Assembly (NCBI GenBank): GCA_964570185.1
Contig: CAZMXD010000001.1
Coordinates: forward strand, 1 to 42,080
Length of the DNA: 42,080 nt
Reading direction: 5' to 3'
Source of the DNA: an uncultured Nitrospina sp.
Lineage (GTDB): Bacteria; Nitrospinota; Nitrospinia; Nitrospinales; VA-1
Shown here: piece by piece, positions 28,815 through 35,836 of the stretch
Layout of the letters: each line of letters starts with the position of its first letter
Numbering within the stretch: position 1 is the first letter of the stretch
The notes under the pieces: model-generated
What the model was told of the DNA's origin: nothing
The model's database searches: none
What the model saw: only the letters and a program-made list of their open reading frames with translations
Program-made: the position numbers and the translations under genes

Positions 28815-29906
28815 CCTGAATTTTGCGTCCCATTTCCAACCTTAAGTTAGAGTCCGTTAAAGATTCAATTCTATCTTTTATTTCTTCGGTTTTTCCAGTT
28901 ACATGATAACCAGTTTCGCCGTCAATAACTATGTCTTTTGCAATCCCTACCGGAGTGGCAATCAATGGCAAGCCATGGGCTGCGGCTTCAATAAGCGGTT
29001 GTCCAAAATTTTCGTACAAGGATGGGTATACAAAAATGTTTGAAGATTTATAAAGGGTTTTTAATTCTGCCTGAGTTTTTTTTCCTGTAAACGTTACATT
29101 GCTATTAAGATTTAATTGATTTGTGAGCAGTTTTAATTCTTCAAGGTATCCGCCACGTGTAACACTGCTGGTTTTTTCTTCTCCGCCAGCAATATTGAGA
29201 TGAAAAGGGATGGTCAGTTGGCTTGCCGCTTGAAGCAAGAGTTCGATTCGTCTGACACGGGCGATGCGACCTGCGAATAAAATTTGTAATTTTTCGGACG
29301 TATTTTGTTCCTTTTTAATTTCTTCAACCTCAATCCCCATGGGAATGATGTGAACCTTTTCTTTTGCGATTCCAAATTCCAAGGCATCTTCATACTCTAA
29401 TTTTGAAGACACAACAATTGCCCGCGCTCTTTTAGCGGAGGTCTTTAAGGTGAGGATGTCATAAAGGTGATAGGGCAACCTTTGTTTCAGGGATGGAAGA
29501 TAATTTTTAAAACCAAGGAGCGAACCATGAGTACTTAAAACGAAAGGCTTGTTTTTAATCAGCGCAAAAAAAAACCGCTATCCGTCTGAAAATTTCGGTA
29601 GTTATGACTGTGAAGGATATCGAAGTTTTTAAAATGAGCGAGCATTCCCGCACTTACCAAGTATCGCATTATTTTTAATTGCGAAGCAAAACGGTGGACA
29701 GAGACGTTATCGAATTTTTCCTGTTTGGGAAGCATGGAGGATACATCTGAGTAAGTGGTATACACGGGAGAAAAAATCCCATGTTTTTCCAGTCGGTTTG
29801 ATATCTGAAATGCCTGATTAACGGGGCCACAAATATAAGGTAAAAAACTTTCTATGGTACGTAAAACCTTCAAAATTGCTCCATATTTGAGGAGTCGGAC
29901 TGCCAA
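28741..29906 (-). pseudogene. GT4 (GT-B fold) glycosyltransferase interrupted by a frameshift in a 9-nt homopolymer (29566..29574)
   Basis: ORF 29559..29906 encodes the N-terminal Glyco_trans_4-like half (KVLRTIESFLPY...HSHNYR). ORF 28741..29478 encodes the C-terminal Glycos_transf_1 half (FAGRI...PSLYENFGQPLIEAAAHGLPLIAT). The two frames overlap at the T9 (sense) tract. The likely true start is TTG 29873, which forms a TTGA overlap with the upstream stop. Confidence 0.75.
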
Positions 29907-30271
29907 GTAGTGGGATGTTTAACTTGTTTTTCCAGTTCTTTTTTTTCAAGGTCAAGTATACCTATGCTTTGCGTTAGTTTGCGAACCTGATTAGTTAAGG
30001 CGGATATTCGAATGGAAAAATGAAGACAAATTACCATAAGAAATAGTAACCCAAAAAAGAATAAAGTTGAGGTAAAGAGTGTTGCCCCCACTATCTCAGA
30101 CACCCATTTAAGTAATCCCTCGGATACTGACAGGGCCAGCATAGAAGCTCCGGTGATGAGCCAGCCCATCGAATATTCTTCGCTTAGGTGTTTTCTTCTA
30201 ACCAATTCAAAAACGTAAGCAACAAGAAAAATACAGATTAAAATCGATATGATTTGAATTCTAGGTGGCAT
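29870..30271 (-). CDS. small membrane protein, DUF2304-like (GT2-associated)
   Basis: 133-aa ORF. Three to four TM with an RRKHLSEEYSMGWL motif after TM1 and a C-terminal amphipathic/coiled tail. It lies 4 nt downstream of a GT2 gene, which is the usual context for this family as I recall it. Confidence 0.65.
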   Translation of the reverse strand: MPPRIQIISILICIFLVAYVFELVRRKHLSEEYSMGWLITGASMLALSVSEGLLKWVSEIVGATLFTSTLFFFGLLFLMVICLHFSIRISALTNQVRKLTQSIGILDLEKKELEKQVKHPTTWQSDSSNMEQF

Positions 30272-30275
30272 GGTT

Positions 30276-31094
30276 TTACCTCTTGGATACGTTTCTTAGC
30301 ACGGTTACAAAGATTGATAGAAACATTTTGAAAATATAGTAGATAGTCTTATGTCCATGGTGCATTGATACTTTATCAGGACTGGCATGCATGGTGACGG
30401 GAATTTCTTTGACCTTAAGCCCGTGACGGTGCATCAGAATAATAAAGTCGGCGTCTGGATAGTCTGGCGGGTAATGATCACTCGCGGCAAAATGAATGGC
30501 TTTTCCTTTAAGCGCTTGGAATCCCGAAGTCGGGTCGGTAACTTTTTGTCCGCAAAATAAGGACGCGATTTTACCAAAAATAAAAATCCCTGCGTATCTT
30601 GCAAATGATGTTTTGTAAGAATTATTGGACAAATATCTAGAACCAATCACCACATCAATTCCATCTTTTTGTACTTCTTTGATAAGTTCTTTTATGTTTT
30701 TTGGGTCGTGCTGTCCGTCCGAATCCATTTGAATAACAAGAGAGAAATTTTTCTTGGCCGCATATTTGAACCCTGTTTGTAATGCCACACCATAGCCTGA
30801 ATTGTAAGGCAGGCTGATTACGTTGGCGCCATGACTTCGTGCTACACTTTCAGTGTTATCTTCAGAGCCATCATTAATAACTAGAATTGGAATTCCTGGT
30901 ACTTTTTTTTGGATAGACTCTAAAACCGCTCCGATATTTTTTTCTTCGTTGTAAGCGGGGATAATTATTAAGGTTTTGGGATGGCCTTTCAAAGGACCCT
31001 TGATGAAAGTGGTTTCTAATTCATCGTTTTCCAGTATGACTACCGGATCCTGTTTTAACGATGCTTGTGGTGCCTGGTAACGGAGGGTTTTCAT
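30276..31094 (-). CDS. GT2 glycosyltransferase
   Basis: 272-aa ORF. LIIIPAYNEEKNIGAVLESI...LVINDGSEDNT...QMDSDGQHD (DxD). Confidence 0.85.
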   Translation of the reverse strand: MKTLRYQAPQASLKQDPVVILENDELETTFIKGPLKGHPKTLIIIPAYNEEKNIGAVLESIQKKVPGIPILVINDGSEDNTESVARSHGANVISLPYNSGYGVALQTGFKYAAKKNFSLVIQMDSDGQHDPKNIKELIKEVQKDGIDVVIGSRYLSNNSYKTSFARYAGIFIFGKIASLFCGQKVTDPTSGFQALKGKAIHFAASDHYPPDYPDADFIILMHRHGLKVKEIPVTMHASPDKVSMHHGHKTIYYIFKMFLSIFVTVLRNVSKR

Positions 31095-31434
31095 TCAAAC
31101 AGGGTTTTAAATTGTTAAAAACTACAACCAATCATCTTAAAGAGGGCGAAACAATTGTAATTTAAAAGTAAAGAGTGATTTCAGCCTTTAAAATTTTGAA
31201 TCTACGAGTATTAAAACGGTTATTTTTTGAATAAACTTGACCCTTATTCAGCCCCTATTTTATAGGAAATATAAGCTATTGTAAACAATAGCCTTATGGA
31301 CATCGGGGGTGAGTGAGGGGTGGGGGGCGCTAAAATCCTGCAGAAACCGTGTAATTAAAAGCCCGTATGGAATGCGTATTATTAAATTATCTGATCCTGG
31401 TAATTTTCTGGCTCCTCCTGTCCAGAGTTTTACT

Positions 31435-31857
31435 TTATATTTGTTTATGGCCTGCTTTTTTCCGCAATTTATGCGTTGTTTTTGTCAAACCTTCTATTTC
31501 TCCGCCCTCCTGCTTTAATTGACCCAAAGTGTCTCTAAGCCGACTGGTCAAGGTTTTTATGAGGGTGACAATAAACTTGGGGTTATGTTCACAAAGAAAA
31601 GAAAAGCGCGATTCATCCACTACCGTTAACTTCGAGTTTTCCAATGCAATCGCTGTTGCAGACCGGGGATACTTATCGATAAGTCCCATTTCTCCAAATA
31701 AATCAGACTTTCTTAAAGTTCCGACGAGAGACCTTTTTCCAAAGTTGTTTTCCTTGTAAATTCCGATCTTCCCAGATTCAATGATATACGCATATTTGCT
31801 TCTTTCCCCTTGCTGAAAAATAATTTCTTCTTTTACAAATGTTTTGGTTGTTTCCAT
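31435..31857 (-). CDS. stand-alone cyclic-nucleotide-binding domain protein (copy 4)
   Basis: 140-aa ORF. FQQGERSKYAYIIESGKIGIY...LFGEMGLIDKYPRSATAIALE is the CAP/PKA-type beta-barrel with phosphate-binding cassette. Only a hinge helix and a short basic tail follow. Confidence 0.85.
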   Translation of the reverse strand: METTKTFVKEEIIFQQGERSKYAYIIESGKIGIYKENNFGKRSLVGTLRKSDLFGEMGLIDKYPRSATAIALENSKLTVVDESRFSFLCEHNPKFIVTLIKTLTSRLRDTLGQLKQEGGEIEGLTKTTHKLRKKAGHKQI

Positions 31858-31870
31858 AATTCGTAGCCGT

Positions 31871-32254
31871 TTAATGTTTTAGATTCAACAAAGGCCTTCT
31901 GTAATATTCTTGGAGTAAGTTCGTAGTATTCCTTAACCTATGAGATAAAACTTTCAGTAAAGGTCTTAACGCGAATGGGTCATTTTTTAATAGGTAATCA
32001 AACGTTTTTTTGCTGATTACCGAGACCTGGGTGTCTTCTAAAGCAATGGCGGTTGCCGTTCTCACCTTGTTGTCTATAAGCCCCATTTCACCGAAAATAT
32101 CATCTTTCTTAAGAGTGGCGAGCAATTTGCGTTTATCATTCTGTTTAGTTTCGGAAATAATTCCCACTTTACCAAAATCGATCATATAAGCACTGTCGCC
32201 GTAGGTTCCTTCATTAAAAATGAAGTCATATTTTTTATAATTTTTCTTTTTCAT
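31871..32254 (-). CDS. stand-alone cyclic-nucleotide-binding domain protein (copy 3)
   Basis: 127-aa ORF. FNEGTYGDSAYMIDFGKVGI...IFGEMGLIDNKVRTATAIALE. No other domain. Confidence 0.85.
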   Translation of the reverse strand: MKKKNYKKYDFIFNEGTYGDSAYMIDFGKVGIISETKQNDKRKLLATLKKDDIFGEMGLIDNKVRTATAIALEDTQVSVISKKTFDYLLKNDPFALRPLLKVLSHRLRNTTNLLQEYYRRPLLNLKH

Positions 32255-32270
32255 TGTTTGACTCGTCGCT

Positions 32271-32702
32271 TTAATAAGTCGTTAATTTTGCATTAATCGG
32301 TTCAATATGCTTTTTCATTAGCTGTTCTTTTGTTGTGGAACTCGTTCCCTGTTTCAAGAAACCCATTGTTTCTCTTAACCGGCTGGTCAAAACTTTTAAT
32401 ATAGGTAGTAAGGCTTTTGGATTTTTCTGTACAAGAGTATCAAAATTATTTCGATGTATTATGTACACCAAAGAATCTTCGAGAGCCCTGGCAGTCGCTG
32501 ATCGAGGTTGTCCGTCGATCAAACCCATTTCACCAAAAATCTCGTTTTCCTTTAATTTACCAATGACCTTTTCCCCTTCCGTTGTTTCTTGAAGTATTTC
32601 AACGGCCCCAGAGCCGACAATGAAGGCGCAATCGCTGGAGCTACCCTGACGGAAAATAGTTTCACCCTTTTTAAAGTTTTTGCTTAAATTCATTGTCATC
32701 AC
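32271..32702 (-). CDS. stand-alone cyclic-nucleotide-binding domain protein (copy 2)
   Basis: The tracked ORF is 143 aa from GTG 32702. ATG 32693 (MNLSKNF...) is the likelier start: it sits 8 nt after GAGG and is homologous to the copy-1 start. IFGEMGLIDGQPRSATARALE. Confidence 0.85.
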   Translation of the reverse strand: MMTMNLSKNFKKGETIFRQGSSSDCAFIVGSGAVEILQETTEGEKVIGKLKENEIFGEMGLIDGQPRSATARALEDSLVYIIHRNNFDTLVQKNPKALLPILKVLTSRLRETMGFLKQGTSSTTKEQLMKKHIEPINAKLTTY

Positions 32703-33009
32703 CTCATAAAGTCGTTTTTACAATGTCCAAATTATTCCGAGTTATTACATACATGACAGATTCTTCGAGGGCCTTGGCGGTTGTTGATCGTGGTTGCCCA
32801 TCGAATAAACCCGTTTCACCAAAAATCTCGTTTTCCTTTAATTTGCCAATGACCTTTTCCCCTTCTTTTGTTTCTTTAACTATTTCCACTGATCCCGAGT
32901 CAATAATGAAGGCACAGTCGCTGAGGCTTCCCTGAAGAAAAATCGTTTCACCCTTTTTAAAAACTTTGCGTAAATTCATACTAATTACCTCATTAACTCG
33001 TTTTTGTAC
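32436..33009. repeat. two-copy tandem duplication, period 286 bp (5' leader plus the first 88 or so codons of the cNMP-binding gene)
   Basis: ATG 32979 and ATG 32693 are 286 nt apart. The leaders GTACAAAAACGAGTTAATGAGGTAATTAGT-ATGAATTTA (33009..32971) and GTAAAAACGACTTTATGAGGTGATGACA-ATGAATTTA (32721..32685) align. Within the CDS there are perfect runs, for example tttcaccaaaaatctcgttttcctttaattt and ccaatgaccttttccccttc. Confidence 0.75.
32704..32979 (-). CDS. C-terminally truncated cyclic-nucleotide-binding domain paralog (copy 1), product of a partial tandem duplication
   Basis: 91-aa ORF, about 75-80 percent identical by eye to the first 88 residues of copy 2. It ends in the duplicated 5' leader of copy 2 (TGA inside TTATGAGG). 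The cassette is altered to FGETGLFDGQPRSTTA and the hinge helix is missing. May be a pseudogene. Confidence 0.65.
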   Translation of the reverse strand: MNLRKVFKKGETIFLQGSLSDCAFIIDSGSVEIVKETKEGEKVIGKLKENEIFGETGLFDGQPRSTTAKALEESVMYVITRNNLDIVKTTL

Positions 33010-33511
33010 TTTTCAACTATAAATAAGCAAATTTCAGGCCAAAAATAGTATGAAATTTAAACAATCTTCTAAGGGATTATAAATAAAAGATTTAAAGGCA
33101 AAAAAAATTAATTTATTTTGTAAATAGAATTATTTTTTCGAAAAATATTAACAATAAATAACTATTAATGTATAAATTTTCATAAATTAATGGCTTGATT
33201 AAGGAGAAGGAGGTCGATTTTTTAATTTGGGCAATTAGCCGAATGAGTTTATAAAAGCTTTTTTATCAGAAAGTATAGAAATTGGCGGGAATTCTGGAAA
33301 ATAATACTGGTTCGCAGAGGCTGGTGGAACCAATTTTGGCTTTTCATGGGGATATACTGGAAATCTCGTCTTTTTGTTTAAAGGATCAACTTCGGAATCG
33401 TTTCTACATCCTTAAAAAGCGTAAAGATTTTCATACTTTAAATTTAACTGCTACAATTATCTTGGGAAGTTTCTAAGGACCAATGGATTGGAATAACAAA
33501 GGAATTAAATT

Positions 33512-33709
33512 ATGAACGATAAAGTGTTAATCATTTCTATTTTAGGCCTTTTGGGAATCGGTTTTATAGCAGTTCTTTTTATTGCGATCCCCTGGTTTAC
33601 TAATTACCTGTTACCCAATTGGAGAGATACTTTAGTAGATAGTGGGATTGTAATGGTAGCAATTGGACTGTTTGTATATGGTTTCTATATGAATACTCGA
33701 ATGCATTGA
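33512..33709 (+). CDS. small two-TM membrane protein (paralog A)
   Basis: 65-aa ORF with AAGGA 8 nt upstream of the ATG. Two hydrophobic helices are separated by IPWFTNYLLPNWRD. It has the same length and motif layout as the next ORF. Confidence 0.6.
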   Translation: MNDKVLIISILGLLGIGFIAVLFIAIPWFTNYLLPNWRDTLVDSGIVMVAIGLFVYGFYMNTRMH

Positions 33710-33724
33710 AAACCCCATATCTTT

Positions 33725-33922
33725 ATGGATGAAAAAAAACTGATAATCATCCTTGGTTGCTTATTGGCACTGGGCTTTCTTTCCTTATTTATCGTTATTA
33801 TTCCTTGGGCCAGTTGGGAACGCGTGCCCGATTGGCAGGCAGTAGCGATTGATAATCTTTTAATGGGAATCATTTTCGCAGCCATTGTCTACGGAATATA
33901 TATGGGTTCAAAGACCATGTAG
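33725..33922 (+). CDS. small two-TM membrane protein (paralog B)
   Basis: 65-aa ORF, 15 nt after paralog A. Shared positions: M-D-K-LII-LG-LL-GF, IPW, P(N/D)W, VYGxYM. No obvious SD. Confidence 0.55.
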   Translation: MDEKKLIIILGCLLALGFLSLFIVIIPWASWERVPDWQAVAIDNLLMGIIFAAIVYGIYMGSKTM

Positions 33923-33934
33923 TTAAATCTTTTT

Positions 33935-34711
33935 TCATTTTCGCATCTTAATTACAACCACGACTAAAACCCCAGCAGAAATCAAAGTTCCCCATATACC
34001 CAATAGAAATTCGCCAATATAAAAAGTAACTCCCAAGTTAAATGCCAGCACCCCAAAAAACAAACCAGGACCTAATAAAGCCTGACCCGCGATTTGCTTT
34101 GTCTTACGGGGCGCCTTAGAATCCAACCAAGAGTTCAAGGCCCCAAAGCAGGTCAGTGTTGATGCCGCGACAATAATCCAGCCGCCAAAGTTTGTTAAAG
34201 GAATGTGGAAATATTCTCCGGGCTCCCGATAAAAATAGATTTTTCCAAGAAACCATTGGTCACCGAGAAAGGCAACGGGATCAATGATTACGTCCATCAA
34301 CATGCAAAGAATAGACGCTGAAGCGATCACTTTAAAAGAGTTTTTGATAGAATCTATTTCACCTAATCGTATGTCCCATCCGTTTTTAATAAGTGGCGCC
34401 CACAAAAACAAGCTTAACGTATAGCTGACATAAATGAGGAAGGAAAAGGAAAGAGAATCCATAAAGGGGACATTGCTGATCCATAACTCCCGATCTCTGG
34501 TTGTTTCTATATAAGTATAGAACCCGAACGGAAAGCCATTCCGGGTTGAAGAATATTCACAGATAAACGCGATGCAATAGGCCAGAAAAGTGAAGAGAAG
34601 AGAACGCAGCACGCCCATATTTAAAATAGCAATTGTCAGATAAACCGCGAGAAATATAAAAACATAGGGACGGAGTAATACCGTTCCCCAAAGTAAAGAA
34701 AGGTTTTCCAT
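33935..34711 (-). CDS. polytopic membrane protein resembling the 'carotenoid biosynthesis protein' family (Caroten_synth, formerly DUF422)
   Basis: 258-aa ORF with 7-8 TM. The motif EYSSTRNGFPFGFYTY after TM2/3 matches my recollection of that family. It starts 3 nt after the upstream SDR stop. The family call is tentative. Confidence 0.5.
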   Translation of the reverse strand: MENLSLLWGTVLLRPYVFIFLAVYLTIAILNMGVLRSLLFTFLAYCIAFICEYSSTRNGFPFGFYTYIETTRDRELWISNVPFMDSLSFSFLIYVSYTLSLFLWAPLIKNGWDIRLGEIDSIKNSFKVIASASILCMLMDVIIDPVAFLGDQWFLGKIYFYREPGEYFHIPLTNFGGWIIVAASTLTCFGALNSWLDSKAPRKTKQIAGQALLGPGLFFGVLAFNLGVTFYIGEFLLGIWGTLISAGVLVVVVIKMRK

Positions 34712-34714
34712 GTA

Positions 34715-35698
34715 TCAGCGGTGGTTTTCCTGGAACCATTGAACGGATTGGCTCAGTGCATTTTCAACAGAATTTTGCGGTAGTTTTAGGTCCCGAACGG
34801 CCTTGGAAGAATCGAAGTACATGAAGTATTTTGCCATTTTAACCCCTGCAAGGGGTACGGCAGGGGGAGTTTTAGTAATCAGATTAGACAGAGTTTCACA
34901 AGCCAAGCCAGCCGCATAGGCGACCCAATAGGGTATCTTGATAGACGGGGCCTTGATTCCCGTAATCTTCTCCAAGGCCAGAAGAATCTCTTTTAAAGAC
35001 ATATTCTTATTTCCAAGAATATACCTCTCTCCTGGTTTGCCTTTTTCCTCGGCCAGAATGTGCCCGCGGGCACAGTCCGATACATCTATCAGGTTCAACC
35101 CCGTATCCAGGTAGGCAGGCATTTTGCCGCGTAAAAAATCAAGCACAATTTTACCGGTAGGGGTTGGCTTGATATCGCGTGGGCCAATAGGGGTGCTGGG
35201 ATTTACAATGACAACAGGCAGGCCTCTGTCGTGCATCTCTAATGCGATTTTTTCCGCCTGAAACTTAGATAACTTATAATCGTTACTAAGCGTAGCCATA
35301 TCCATCAGATAATCCTCATTAGTTGGCGTATGGTCTTTTGATAGACCGATGCACCCAACCGTACTGGTATAAACCACATTTTCGAGACCCAAGTCCAATG
35401 CTATTTCCAAAATATTTCGGGTCCCAATAACATTGATATCGTAAATAAGTTTCTTATCTTTATTCCACAGGCTGTAATAAGCGGCTGCGTGGTAGAGCTT
35501 AGAGCAGCCCTTCAAAGCGGATTTCAGTGATTCTCGATTGCGGAGATCTCCATAAACTATTTCCGCATCCAATCCTTCAATATTTCTTAAATCGGAATTA
35601 CCCCGAACAAGTAACTTGATCTTGCGGCCGTCACTTAGTAGTTCGCGCGCGATGGCCGAACCCAAAAATCCCGTAGCTCCTGTTAATAGTGTGGTCAT
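34715..35698 (-). CDS. NAD-dependent epimerase/dehydratase, HpnA / dihydroflavonol-reductase-like extended SDR
   Basis: 327-aa ORF. LLTGATGFLGSAIARELL...LVRGNSDLRNIEGLDAEIVYGDLRN...YHAAAYYSLW...YKLSK (YxxxK). It is collinear with hopanoid-associated sugar epimerase (HpnA) type sequences as I remember them. Confidence 0.82.
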   Translation of the reverse strand: MTTLLTGATGFLGSAIARELLSDGRKIKLLVRGNSDLRNIEGLDAEIVYGDLRNRESLKSALKGCSKLYHAAAYYSLWNKDKKLIYDINVIGTRNILEIALDLGLENVVYTSTVGCIGLSKDHTPTNEDYLMDMATLSNDYKLSKFQAEKIALEMHDRGLPVVIVNPSTPIGPRDIKPTPTGKIVLDFLRGKMPAYLDTGLNLIDVSDCARGHILAEEKGKPGERYILGNKNMSLKEILLALEKITGIKAPSIKIPYWVAYAAGLACETLSNLITKTPPAVPLAGVKMAKYFMYFDSSKAVRDLKLPQNSVENALSQSVQWFQENHR

Positions 35699-35836
35699 AT
35701 TTTCTTATTAATAGGGGGGTCAAAGAAAACTGATGGATTAATTATAAAAAAATCTTTTTTGTAATGTATATCCAGATAGATCCATGTCTATTAGAAAGAT
35801 CAATGTTGGCAGATACGGGTCTCACGCAGAGTGGCG

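Noticed and set aside
31309-31518. Tracked 69-aa plus-strand ORF overlapping the 3' end of the cNMP-binding gene
   Set aside because: It starts in the G-rich tract, overlaps a well-supported gene antisense and has no motif support.
33019-33160. Recurring ATAAATA heptamers (33019, 33079, 33154) as candidate regulator sites
   Set aside because: The spacing is irregular (60 and 75 nt), and such A/T heptamers are expected by chance in nearly pure A/T DNA.
33282-33476. Tracked 64-aa TTG-initiated ORF in the long intergenic region; also the 10-codon uORF at 33483..33515
   Set aside because: No SD for the 64-aa ORF, an unremarkable sequence and no paralog. It is kept only as a possible leader element in the finding on the intergenic region.
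33512-33922. Interpreting the twin small proteins as a toxin-antitoxin or holin-antiholin pair
   Set aside because: Both are equally hydrophobic paralogs of equal length. There is no soluble partner, no lysis genes and no phage context, so the label is unsupported.
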